From Felis catus (taxonomy: Eukaryota): a stretch of 64,000 nt of DNA. Positions 12,967 to 24,840 of this stretch are shown piece by piece. The notes below the pieces were generated by a model. The model saw nothing but the letters and a program-made list of their open reading frames with translations. It was not told where the DNA came from and searched no databases. The position numbers and the translations under genes are program-made. Each line of letters begins with the position of its first letter. Position 1 is the first letter of the stretch. Where the stretch lies: contig NC_058382.1 of assembly GCF_018350175.1 (NCBI RefSeq), positions 54,562,001 to 54,626,000 of the forward strand. The letters run 5' to 3'.

Positions 12967-12988
12967 TTATTTTTTATTTTTATTTTTT
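12930..12988. repeat. (TTA)n / T-rich microsatellite
   Basis: ttattattatta... run. Confidence 0.9.
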
Positions 12989-13604
12989 GCATAAAGGCCT
13001 GAGCTTATTAGCATGGTATAATGTCACTAAGACCTTGTTCCAAGCTTGGAATCTTCTTCCTGCTTTTGCTTACAGCTTTTTATCCTTCCCTTCCTGGTGA
13101 TCTCTAAATAACTACCGTAATAAGTAGCTCTCTGACATTCCATTTTCCTGAAGTTACATTACAGAAATCAGTCATGAGGGTTGGGTGAATAGGCACAGAA
13201 ACTAAGCCTCCAGAGTCATGAACAGTATCAGAACTAGTGGTGTTTATCCCAAATTAAATGTCTGATTTCTAGTTTTCTTCAGAACACATGCACGTTAAAA
13301 CAAAATTGGTAATAGTCCTGTAGTGCTGAAAATAGACTGGCTTATAGTATGTTTTCAAGTTTTAAATTGTTTTAAAATCAAACAATTTCTCTGCTTATGA
13401 AAAGATACACAGGGAAGAAATGTCTGTAGGTTGAGCTAAATCAGGAACAAGAACTATTTTCACATATACGTGCCACGTTTTGCCGGGGGCTAGTAAGGAG
13501 TGGTATCCACGGTATTGGCAGCCTCTTGATATTCACACTGATTTAGCATGAGCAGTGGATGTTAGGAGTATTGCTTATACGTAAGGAATTCTGAACAATG
13601 GCAT

Positions 13605-13787
13605 TAATTTTTTTTTTTTAAGTTTATTTATTTTGAGAGGGAGAGCAGGATAGAATCTCAAGCAGGCTCTGTGCTGTCAGCACAGAGCCCAATGCAGGGC
13701 AGGGCTCGAACCCACAAACTGTGAGATCATGACCTGAGCCAAACTCGAGAGTCGAACACTTAACCACCTGAGCCACCCACGCACCCC
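13605..13787 (-). mobile_element. Can-SINE
   Basis: Poly-T followed by a reverse SINE body. Confidence 0.8.
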
Positions 13788-15215
13788 TCTACAATTTTAA
13801 GAGGACAGTCATTCATTAAAGGGAAATGATCCACTTATTTATATTTGATTTGATCAGTACATTCACAAAAATCACGTATCTCTGTTGGCGTTTTACGTAC
13901 ATTACCTCTTCATCTTCACCACGTCCTGTGTCTGAAATTGTTTCCAGCTTACAGGAAGGAATGGCATTCTCCAGCCCTTCCTCCTGCCTTACGTGGTATT
14001 TTCCACCCAGGGCTCCAGCTATTCCACACCTGGGAATTGACCTGACTGAACACACTCTGTTGATTGGTTTCTCCTTGGGTTGTGGGAGAAAATGATCCTT
14101 GACACCCGTGCATTTGCTCAGGATAAAGAGGCGGATACCCAGAAGGGGCTTAGAACTCTTAGAACAGTGCCTTGTAAATTCAAGGGGATTCTTGCCTTGT
14201 GTGGCTAATAGAACTCCGGGCCAAGTAGTCTGGACAGCAAGAGCGTGACACTGAGGGTCTCCTGGCCCCGGGGTCCCAGGAGCCTGGCAGACAGTGGGAG
14301 AGTGTTCCCTGTGGTACCAGGGATAGCCCTGATATGCCCTTGGTCACAGCCATAGGAGCCCCTCCGTTTATTCCCCACCTTGTTTCTCAGTACCCCCCAA
14401 ATGCAGCACCAAGATGGCACAAGAACTGGACCCCAAAGAGCCCCAGATGTGAGCCCTCCAGTTATGCAGCTTGGCCTTCTTGGCCAGCTGGGGGTACCCA
14501 TGGAGAGAGAGGCTGGGCTTCTGTGGTCTCTCTGGGTCCTGAAGCTCTTGAACTTGGAGGGAGGGAGAGTGAAAACCAATGTGATTCTGGGTTCAAATAG
14601 TTTCATAACATAGTGCTTGAAGTACGGGTAAATTTCACAATAATACAAAGGATAAATAGAATAAAGCTAAAAACGAGGGTAAGTCTCCCTGAGGAGCCAA
14701 AGTCCCACATGCTTGCCCAAATGTAGCCAGACCTTCTGATTTAAAGTCTTCCCTTCGCCTTTCAAAAGTGCCACCCCCTCATCTCTCTGTCAGGACATCT
14801 GTCTGCCCAGGTCTCCCACCCCTCCAAGCCCCTCCCTTGCCTCACCCAGACCCTCAGCAGCACCCCCAGGCCTCAGCCTGGCCTCATCCAGAAGGTGACC
14901 TCGGGCCCTGCAGGAGCCCTGGGTCAGGTGCTGCCACAGTTCCATCCGGTGATTTATAAGGTTTCGAGAAAAAAAGGAGTTTGGAAAGTCTTGTTAATGA
15001 CACATCCCAAACCAATACAACAAGAAATGAAACACAGCCCTGCTCTGTGCTTGGTTTAGAGAAGACTAGAGGATCCAAAACCCAACTGAGCCCATGTTAA
15101 CATGCTTAACTCCCTTAAATGGTGGGATTTCCCCCTGAAAGTTTTGTTGGTGACCTAGGACCCTAATCGGGACTGCATTCTATTAAACATTTAGCCTTTA
15201 TCTAGACTTGGACAT

Positions 15216-15410
15216 GGGGGCGCCTGGGTGGCTCAGTCAGTTGAGCATCCGACTTGGGCTCAGGTCATGATCTCGCAGTTTGTGGGTTCGAGCCCCGCGT
15301 CAGGCTCTGTGCTGACAGCTGGGAGGCTGGAGCCTGCTTTGGATTCTGTATCTTCCTCTCTCTGCCCCTCCCCTACTCACGCTCTGTCTCTCTCAAAAAT
15401 AAACAAGCAT
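15216..15410 (+). mobile_element. Can-SINE with perfect 13-bp TSD
   Basis: TSD TAGACTTGGACAT at 15203-15215 and 15411-15423. Confidence 0.9.
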
Positions 15411-17453
15411 TAGACTTGGACATCAAAGACCAGTCTGGATGTCCTGATTTAATCTGAATGGAAACAGGCAAAACCTGGAGTGATTTTTCTCCACAGAAAA
15501 CAAGCTAAGCCCAGGCTAATACAAATAAGGTCCCAGAGGAGTTTAATCAGGTTAATTGAAAAATTACCTAAAGAGATGCCAAATTCGAAACGTGCCTATC
15601 TATTCACAGAGGAGTCTCCTAGTCAATATTTTGTTGGCCAAACTAATAATTTGCTTAAAAGGAAGGATACTACAAATCTTTGAATTTGGGCCCTTCCTTT
15701 GTTGAGACCTGCCCTCCTCTTCATTTTAAATTATTATGTTTACCCCCAAATCTATAGAATTTATAACCCTTATCTCAGCAAAAGAATTTTTTTCTTAGGA
15801 AAAAAATATTCTGTTTTAACTTAATCAGTGTTTTCAGACTGCCTCGAGATCTCAAAATGTAAACACCTCTGGGCTGACTGGGCGAGGCTCTGTCCCTCAC
15901 CTGCGCTGGTAGAGGCTTCCCTCCCGAGACACTCTCGCCTGTTTTACGTGTACTGAGCTTAGTCCTCATCCTGCTCTTTAAAAGAGGGGGTTTGCAGAGC
16001 CACTGACTTAGGTGGGCGGGGGCCAGAGCCGGAGGGCCCTCACGCAGCATCGGGTCCAACACGGCCACGGTCCAGACACAGTGGGAAACCAGAGTGGCTT
16101 CCTGGGGGCAGAATCCAGATGGTTTCTTCACTCAGGGAAGGGTGGGCAGGACCTAAAAACTGCCTCTAAAGTATAAAGAAGCGTCCAATCTCTGTAGGCA
16201 AAATACACCTTTTAATGACCGCTATACTACAACCATTTCTGCATTTCCAGTGTTCTGCAAAAACCACGAAACAGAAAAAGAAAAAAACACCTAAACTAGA
16301 GACATTAGAAAGACCAAAGCAGATGTTTACAAACACAGTCATATGTTCTGTCTACCCATCATGTGGGGGGACAGGAAGTCCAGAGTTCCAAGTACAACCT
16401 ATCTTAAGCAAATGCAAACTACGTAATTACAGAGCAGCTAAGTGGTTACTCATATTACAAAATGGTTTTTTCAGAGCATTTCTCTACATAGCGTGGTCAC
16501 TTGGCACTTAAAATATAACTCATTTACAAATGTTTAATTTATATACAACTTTGGAAAATATGCATTGGGGTAAAATGAGGGAAGGAGGAGGACAGGGGAA
16601 GGGAGAAAGTAACATCCCTATTCCGTGTCTGTCTGGAGTTGTACAGTTCCCAAATATTAGACGAAGGTAAGGCTGGAGGAAGCTTGAAGGGTGGCAATAA
16701 TAATCACAGCAACATTAAAAAAAAAAATTATTCTTAACCTGCTTCCCAAGATGGACTTTATAGACCTCACGTGGCTAAAACTTTTCCAGACGTGGAGACT
16801 AGCATGAGGCTATAAGTATATGAAACCCTGGCACACACAGCATGTCGTGGATATGGTATATCCATAGATATAAGGTTAGGACACCTTGGACACAAGGATA
16901 TTCATTTGGACATAGGCTGGAGTTATCTATTAAAGCAATGTTCCAGATCTTTGTTGCAAGAGAAAATGAAGCAACAAATAGATATCTGCCTGGTTCAAGA
17001 GATCAGGAAATAATTTGGTCTAAACAAGCCCTTATGCTAAGCTTAAGGCATTGGGGTGGGGAGGAGAGAGCCCCTGCCAGTTGGCTCAGGGCTGACATGG
17101 GCATCACTGAGGGACGGCCCTTCAGAGTCCCCGCCATCTGCATGGCTTCCAGCGGGGAGTAGAGAGACGAGGCAGGCAGAGGCAAGAATGGCATTACCCG
17201 TTTGCATTTTGTAAGTGGCTAGGCAGCAGAAGCAGGTGACACATACATATGGGAGCTTTGAGAATAAATCAGAACCCATACAGTGAGGTTCAATTTCCCC
17301 TGGTTCTACTACCAAAAAAAGGACAGGGGAAGGGAGGGTGGGAGGAAAGAGTACGGCAGAAAAGAAGGATGGGACGGGGCGGGAGAGAGAGACAGGGAGA
17401 GGATGAATGAACTTCAAACAGAGGTCATTCCCAGGGAATTCTATTGTGGCAAC

Positions 17454-18425
17454 TCAGAGGAGTCTGTGAGTGGAGACAGGAATAACAACTCTGCTCACTG
17501 TGAGGGAGGGCAAGAGAGTTTTCGGGAACACTTTGGTCTCCAACGTTTTGGGCCTGTTTTCCTGCTTGGCCTCCGTGAGAACGAGCTTTTGGGTGTTCAC
17601 GGCAGGTCTTGGCTCCCTGGCTTTGAATTTGGCTTTGTAGTTTTGCGCCCCCTGTTTCTGCAAAAGCTGCACGGTGGCCAGACAGCGCACGTTGCCGGGA
17701 TTGGGAGGGCACACCAGGTGTTTCTCAGGCAGGAAGGACCAGTGCAGGCAGCCCCTCTCGTGATCCGCCAGCAGGGGTGCGGGGGCCACCCGGGGAGGGA
17801 AAGGCAATGTGTCATTGACCTTAGGGTGCTTGGCCAGCTCAACAGGTCTCTTTTCACCTTTCCCGTCAACCCTTTTCAGTCCACACGCACAAGCCACACA
17901 CTCATCCTTTTCCACACTCAGCACCTTCTCTTCTGGCTGCAAGAAAAAGTTCTTACTCTTCTTACCCAGAACATCCAAGCCGTATGGGGGTGAAGCCTTC
18001 AGGGGAGGTAGGACTAAAAGGGCCCTGGAAGTCAAGGAGTCTGAGATGGAGGGACCTTGGCCCGGGCCCTTGCCCCTAATAGCCTCAGGGGTGGCCCAGT
18101 CTTCCTTGCACCAAATAAACTCCTTTATTTGCAGACTTTTTTTCTCTCCCTGACTGGAAGTGGGAAAGCAGATCTTGCTAATCTCCCTGGAGGCAGTGGT
18201 GGGGCCTCGGCGGGTCCCCTGAGTCTGGGAGGGGCTGCCTTGAGCCTTCTCCAGACCCACGGACCCCAACTTCCCCACCTCCGACTGAGGCCCGGCCTCA
18301 GAACTCCCTTGGGAGAGACTGACACAGAGTAAGCAGCTGCTGGCACTTTCTCTCACCCTCGCCTTTTTAAGCTTCTTCCTGGACCAGATGCAGGCCGTTG
18401 GAGATGTCCTTCCCCAGCCTTGTAC
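17454..18425 (-). CDS. C16orf46: C16orf46 orthologue, last coding exon
   Basis: Minus-strand acceptor tatttgcag|GTA CAA GGC TGG. 972 nt, VQGWGRTSPTACIW...KKSLQIKEFIWC...SRALLVLPPLKAS...LPSLTVSRVVIPVSTHRLL*, matching C16orf46 as I recall it and its syntenic position. Confidence 0.92.
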   Translation of the reverse strand, partial: VQGWGRTSPTACIWSRKKLKKARVRESASSCLLCVSLSQGSSEAGPQSEVGKLGSVGLEKAQGSPSQTQGTRRGPTTASREISKICFPTSSQGEKKSLQIKEFIWCKEDWATPEAIRGKGPGQGPSISDSLTSRALLVLPPLKASPPYGLDVLGKKSKNFFLQPEEKVLSVEKDECVACACGLKRVDGKGEKRPVELAKHPKVNDTLPFPPRVAPAPLLADHERGCLHWSFLPEKHLVCPPNPGNVRCLATVQLLQKQGAQNYKAKFKAREPRPAVNTQKLVLTEAKQENRPKTLETKVFPKTLLPSLTVSRVVIPVSTHRLL

Positions 18426-20018
18426 CTGCAAATACAGCAGCATGTTACTCCCGGCCGAGCTGCTCAAATCTAGCTGCCCCAGCTCTGGACACATCCCTAT
18501 GTGGGCCATCCTATTTGACCTGATATTTTTCTTAAAACTGACTCACCATTTTTTAAAAATTTTCACTCTATTTTAGCCTCATACTAAGTGATTGTATTGG
18601 TAATAGCATTTGTAGGAGTATTTGTTAATCTGAAACCCTAGCAATAGGGTTTAATACTAAAATACTAGGCAAAAATACCATACATGGGCATCTTGATGTG
18701 CTGGCTATATACTTTTTCAGATGCACATTAAAATAAAGCCAGAGCTCTTAAAATCAGAACTGTTTGTATTTATGGGGCACCTGGGTGGCTTAGTCAGTTA
18801 AGCATCCAATTCTTGGTTTTGGCTCAGGTCACAATCCCAGAGTAATCTGGAACTTTAATCTTTCTACGGATGTTTACAGATGTTCTGTCTCATCTACTAA
18901 ACAGGTGTGCCTGATGAGTCAGCAAATGTCCTCCACCTCCTTGACCATAAGTCACCAGAGCTGCTGCGTAAACTCCAGATCCCTGAGCTTCACCCCAACA
19001 CACTAAGCCCATACTCAAAAGATGGACTTGGGCAGGGGGTTTTAAAAAAGCACCCCATGTGAGCCTTGGGTTGAGGCTGGTACAAAGCATTTGTATCTCC
19101 AGGGTATTCAGGTGGCCTGACAGGGGATCCAAGTCCAGAGATGGGGGTCAATGACACCCGGCTCTTTTGATCCTCACAGGTAGGCTGTCACAAGTAGGCT
19201 AAATGTTGGCACAAAGGTCCAGATTCCTGCCAGGATCAAGAGCCAAGCTGCAATTGCAAGGTGACTGTGCCTCCCTCCGGAGTCCCCACAGAGCTCCCAA
19301 GTGGTGTGGGTGCCCCCAGGGCTCCAATAGGGAGAGACCAGCATAGTGACAGGAAAGGCCCCTTGTGTTGGGCCGGTTTGGGCCAGAAGTGAACAGTCCC
19401 GAGGCACCCCATGCTGTGAGATCCCTTGGTTCTACACACAGGAACCGCTCATAAATCGCTGCCAGCAGAGTGCTCTCCGTCCTCATTCATGTGCTGGCAG
19501 CCAGGCCCCCGGCACCAGCACAGGAAGTACCAAAGGGCCACAAGCCAGTGCAGGACAGGCCTCTGTCACACCTGCTGAGATAAGGCCGCCCAAGGAGCCG
19601 GGCAGGGCTGGGTGGCCGGGGAGAGTAAAGGGCAGCAGGTGGTTAAGCGGAAGGAGATGGTGTGGCTCGATCATCCTCGACAGACCGTGAGCGGCAAACA
19701 TACTCTGAGCACGGGGCATGTGCAGCATTTCTTTCAAGAAGATTCTGGAGTTCTGAACAGCCTTTGGATACGTACACATTGCAAAGTCGTTACTTTGCAG
19801 TGGTGAACAGAACCTTCTACACTTGGAAAGTCAGATCCTCAGGTAGAACTGTCTGTAACACTGACTGATCTGGCGGGAGCAAGGCAGGGGTGGGTGGTGC
19901 CGCAGAGAGAGCACAAGACAAGGGTCCTGCAGACACGGCTCCATCAACCAACCGCCAAGTGGGCTGGGGGGGTTGCTCTGCTGTGTCTTGGCCTCCATTT
20001 CCATAGTCATAATTAGAT

Positions 20019-20570
20019 CAGGGTCTCTCAACCTCAGCACTTCTGACGTTTAGGGCGTGTTATGGATTGCATGATTGTGTTTCCCCAAATTCCTATGTTG
20101 AAGCCCGAGTCCCCAAAGTGATGGAATTTGGAGGTGGGGCCTTGGGGAAGTAACTAGGGTTGATGAAGTCAAGACGGTGGGGCCCTCATCATGGGATTAG
20201 TGCCCTTATAAGACAAAGAGGCGATAAAGGGTCCCTCTCTGCTTGCACCACCAAGGAGGGCCATGTGAGCACAAAACCGGGAAGAGGCTCCCTGCCCAGA
20301 GCCCAGCCATGCTGGCACCCGGATCCTGGATGCCCACCGTCCTTAACTGTGACAAAGAAATGTCTGTTGCGTGAGCTCCCCAGTGTGTGGTATTCTGTGA
20401 TGGCACTCCTGAACGAACACAGAGCCGGGCCATTCCCTGTGGCAGGGGCTGTCCTGGGCACTACAGGATATGCAGCATGCCTGGCCTCAGCCCAGTAGAT
20501 GCCAGTAGCACCCCCGTCCCCTCATCCCTAGTTGTGGGACATTGCCAAGCATCACCTTGGAATCACTGAA
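20019..20570 (-). mobile_element. MER20 DNA transposon interrupted by an MLT1-type MaLR LTR (about 20058-20421)
   Basis: MER20 end cagggtctctcaacctcagcact and its continuation ggggctgtcctgggcactacaggat...gatgccagtagca flank MLT1 motifs (tgttatggatt...cctatgttgaagccc...gggattagtgcccttataag). Confidence 0.7.
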
Positions 20571-21153
20571 CTTGATGCTAATAAAGTTCCGTTTACCTAT
20601 GGAAGGTCAGATATCTTTTGACATCCTAATCTTTTCCAATGTGACATCCTTACAGTTCTAAATTTAGGATTCTAGTATTGATTCTAAGAATAGTTTAAGA
20701 ATAAACCCACGGAGTTCTGAGTGGAACCACTAGGACGGAAATCTCATGTCTCTTGGGGAGCTTAGCCCAGCAGTTAAGGAGCTTGGGGTCTGGAGCCCAG
20801 AAGAGCTGGATTCGAGCCCTGCCTTGGCCACCGACACACTCTTTCACATTTTGGGTGCCTCACTGTCCTTGTTCCAAAAGTAAGGCCTCAATAATACGTG
20901 CCTCATAGGGCTGTTGAGAGGCTGAATGAACTGATGTGTGCAAAGCACTGAGTCCTGTGCTGGCCAGTACTAACTGGCCACAAACACCCAATAAAAGGTG
21001 CCGCTATTATCATTATTTATATTGTACCTCTATTCCTAAACTTCCTGTCTTGATCATTTATCGATTTTTTGGGTAATAGCTATTTTTGAAAAAAGCGAAA
21101 GGCCTGCACCAAAACACAGGCGTGTGAGACACCTCAGTGAAGAAGATACTCAC

Positions 21154-21363
21154 GGCTTCTTCCCATCCAGTTCCGATGACGAAGTCACGGGCTTTTTCGT
21201 CTTGTTCAAGCGTAATGTCGCTGATGTGGAGAAGACAGCAAACGTGATTCTTCTCGCTTCTTTCATCTGGGCAAGTATAGGTTAATTCCGTTTTTTCTGG
21301 GCTTTGAGTCTCATCGTTTTCACTATTTTCTAACTCAGCCTCATTTTCCTGACAGAGATCCAT
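21154..21363 (-). CDS. C16orf46: C16orf46 orthologue, first coding exon (whole exon 21154-21401)
   Basis: ATG at 21363. Encodes MDLCQENEAELEN...YTCPDERSEKNHVCCLLHISDITLEQDEKARDFVIGTGWEEA (70 aa). Donor GCC|gtgagt is phase 0 and joins the last exon to give 393 aa. Acceptor tgcag at 21403-21402. Confidence 0.92.
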
Positions 21364-21859
21364 CACCGTGATAGTTGCCGAAGGTTTTTAACATCTTCTT
21401 CCTGCAGCATGAAATGAGGGCTGAACTTAGTGTTTAATACTGGTTTCTTAAAGATCAACTCGACAACTCGGGCGAAATAACGTCAAGACACATTCACGAA
21501 GAGACCGAGAAGAAATATTGCAAAAGCATCCATTGCCAGCTATCGATATTATAAAAGATAGGGCCAATTTGAAAGACTAATGGGTTTAATTAAAGACCAA
21601 AGTTGGGATCGAGGAAAAGCAGACAGGGAGATGTCAGCTCAGTCTCTATCCCGGATCATGGCATAGAGCACAGCAAGGAATATAGGGTCAAGCACCCCTA
21701 CCCTCCACTTCAAAACAGTCCAGATGCTACTGTGCTAACACCACGGGAAATGTGTTGAGCACGCGTGCATCCCAGCCTCTTCTTTTCCTTTCCGGCAACT
21801 CTGGACACCAGGCAGAGGCTAGGCAGCATGTGGTCTAGACGAAGTCAGTCTGCTCACTA

Positions 21860-22140
21860 ATCTACCCTAATCTACCCTGGATGATTGGTGTTCTTACGAA
21901 AAGGGTGATCTGGACACAGACACGCAGAGAGGGAGGCCGTGTGAGGAGGCCCAGGTTGAAGACTGCAAGCCACGGAGGGGGTCCCAAAGCAGATCCTTCC
22001 CTCACGGCCCTCGGAAGGAACCAACTCCGTCGATACCTTGATTTTGGACTTCCAGCTTCCGGGACTGTGAGGCAGTGCATTTCTGTCATTCAAGACGCTC
22101 GGTCTGCGGTGATGCCATGTCACGGCAGCACCCGTGCACA
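21860..22140 (+). mobile_element. MLT1-type MaLR LTR fragment
   Basis: gatccttccctcacggccctcggaaggaaccaac...accttgattttggacttccagcttcc motifs. Confidence 0.7.
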
Positions 22141-22868
22141 CTAGTACCCCGCGTGGTGGTGATGGCGGTGGTGGCAGTGATGCTGAGGGTGATGCTGTCT
22201 ATCCTTAACTGATGTTCTCTCAGGTTGAAAAACGGAACTTGGCATTGATAATCCAAAGAGTTAGGAAAGTCATCATCCTGATCAGGAGCACAGATCTGGT
22301 TGCCAAACAGCCAGGATTCCAATCTTATTGCTAGCTGCACGACCTTGGGCCAATTACCTTTCTGGGTCTGTTTGCTCATCTAGAAGACGGGTGTGCTTAT
22401 ACTACCTTCCTACAGACAGGTGCTCCTCCTGGGGACCCCGCAAGCAGCAGAGATGAATCTCAGAGCCTGGGGACCTCCAATGGCCCAGCTGAATGCTGAG
22501 GGGCAGCCAGCGCCTTCTTGAGCTTTCCTTGCTTATAATGACACAGAGGCCACTGGGATGACACACGTTGCTTTCTCTCACCCTGACGCGATCCCCGCCA
22601 GAAGCCCACTTGTAACATTTTCTGTTGAGGTAACTTCGTATAACGATATCTGTTTAATTACCATTTTGGCTTTTTCATATAGGCTTAAAGGGGCATTTTG
22701 ATGCTAATAAAATTCCGTTTACCTATGGAAGGTCAGATATCTTTGGACGTCCTAATCTTTTCCAGTGAGACATCTGAGGAAATGAATGAAATCTGAAGGG
22801 GGAGAAAAAAAGGGAAAAAGAAGTGACTGAAAACCAGGAGTGCTATTCTCTTTAGAAACAGAAGCATG

Positions 22869-23107
22869 GGGGCGCCTGGGTGGCGCAGTCGGTTAAGCGT
22901 CCGACTTCAGCCAGGTCGCGATCTCGCGGTCTGTGAGTTCGAGCCCCGCGTCAGGCTCTGGGCTGATGGCTCAGAGCCTGGAGCCTGTTTCCGATTCTGT
23001 GTCTCCCTCTCTCTCTGCCCCTCCCCCGTTCATGCTCTGTCTCTCTCTGTCCCCAAAATAAATAAACATTGAAAAAAAAATTTAGAAAAGATTTAAAAAA
23101 GAAAAAA
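22869..23107 (+). mobile_element. Young SINEC_Fc-type SINE with TSD
   Basis: Near-consensus body. TSD AGAAACAGAAGCATG at 22854-22868 and 23108-23122. Confidence 0.92.
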
Positions 23108-24415
23108 AGAAACAGAAGCATGATTAAGGGCCAGACTGTGCAAACCGGCCCGGTCCTTTCATCTCGTAAAATTCCACTTCAGGCACGGCTCAGGCCAAGG
23201 AAGCTCCGGAGCCGGTCCTGTTCTCTTCTGAATTACAAATACATTTATGCCGCACCACCCAAAGGACTTAACAAGTATGCAGTTCGGAAGGAAAAAAGCA
23301 GATTCCAAAGCAAAGCCACGTATTTAAACGATAACTGTACGCGTGAGGTTAATAGAGAAAAGAGATCTTGTTCAGGAGACATTAAGTATCGTTAGAATGT
23401 TCAAATCAATAAGAAAAAAAAAAGTTCTGGCTTGAAGTATCTCTGCTGGCAAGGTGCTCACTACTTAGAAAGTCTGTTCAATGGCAAAGAGCTCTAATTT
23501 ACTGGTTCTCAAAGTTGGCAGCACCTTGGCATCATCAGGCCCACATCCTGCCCACAGAGATCCTGATTCTAATTGGTCTGGGCCAAGTCTGGCCATTGCT
23601 ATCGTAAAAACCACCCTGGGCAACCGTACAACACAGCAGGGCTCTGAGGAAGATCTTCCTTATAGGGAACCAGCACTGGTTGCCCTGCCCCCTCAATATC
23701 CTCCACTTGGCGTCCTCATTTTGTGCTCCAGAGCACGGCTCTGTGAGGGGAGGCCTTCCCAGCCAGGGGTGGGCTTCACGAGGTCTAGGACACCTCTGAA
23801 AATGCTCAAGCACTCTTCCAGGAAGGGGCCCGCATCAGTGTCACAAAGCCGTCTGTGGCTACAAAAGGCTGAAGAGTCATCGATCCGAAGGCTGCCCGAT
23901 GCCTCAGCTTTCCAACAGCCCTGTGAAAAGGCTGCACGTGCTCTTCTCTCTCTCAGGTTAACCATCTCCAGCTCCTCCGACTATTTGTCGGAGGTCATGA
24001 GCAACTGTGAAATCTGAGAGGAGGACAAGATTATCTCTCCGTGTGTCTATATCGAGACAAAGGAACAGCGGGGGCCAAAGAGGCGGTCTCGGGGAAGGCC
24101 CTGTTCTGGAGTCAGTGGAAGTCGGACCCAGTGAGGGTACCAGAAGTGCCAGTCACATCATATTCCAAAGTGCCAAAAGAAACCCAGGTGACGGTAATAT
24201 TAAATAATAAAAATAAGCGGTTGCATAGCTCTTTTTACGCGCCAGGCGTTGTTGTAAGCACTTTACATGTTATAAATACCGCATTTTGTGAGTACATGAC
24301 TCCTTTCATGGAGGATCATGGGAACAATATTGGCTCCTTGTGACCAAAAGTGAAGAATCATCTCTGAAGTCAGTAACCACAGTATCCTTAGTCAAATGGT
24401 CAGATTACTGCATAC

Positions 24416-24499
24416 CAGATTGTGATGCTCCCCTGAGACACGGATGTTCAAGCTGGGTCAGGATGCCCCACTACTAAAACAGAATGTTGGTGGTCTTTT
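24416..24499 (-). other. C16orf46: Predicted non-coding 5' UTR exon of C16orf46
   Basis: Minus strand shows a CACTAAC branch point, a poly-T tract and ctaattag acceptor, then 84 nt without ATG, then donor CTG|gtatgc. Confidence 0.6.
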
Positions 24500-24643
24500 C
24501 TAATTAGAAAAAAAAAAAGTCAGTTAGTGGAGAGAACAGTCTTAGTGTTAAATTTTTCTCCAATAATCATGCCTTCAAGTTGTATTGCCCATTCTTGTCT
24601 TCCAGCTCATGTAAGAGATAACAAATAGAAATGTACAAGAAGC

Positions 24644-24840
24644 GGGGTGCCTGGGTGGCTCAGTTGGTTAAGCGTCCAACTCCGGCTCACGTCATGATCT
24701 CATGGTTTGTGAGTTCGAGCCCTGCATTGGGCTCTGTGATGACAGCTTGGAGCCTGAGCCTGCTTCGAATTCTGCGTCTCCCTCTCTCTCTTCCTCTCCC
24801 CTGCTCACCCTCTCTCTCTCTCAAAAATAAACATTAATTT
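24644..24840 (+). mobile_element. Can-SINE
   Basis: SINE head, CT tract and aaaataaa tail. Confidence 0.8.

Noticed and set aside
17283..17993. 236-aa plus-strand ORF
   Set aside because: Antisense shadow of the C16orf46 last exon plus a purine-rich tract.
22866..23072. Recurrent 'MGAPGWRSRLSVRLQPG...' and 'MGQRETEHERGRG...' peptides; apparent tRNA-like sequences
   Set aside because: Translations of Can-SINEs. The A/B-box heads are SINE-derived and are not tRNA genes.
23481..24017. 178-aa plus-strand ORF and small hairpin CCTCCGAC-TATTT-GTCGGAGG (23974-23994)
   Set aside because: The ORF begins in MER5-like sequence with no recognisable homology. An 8-bp stem is expected by chance in 64 kb.
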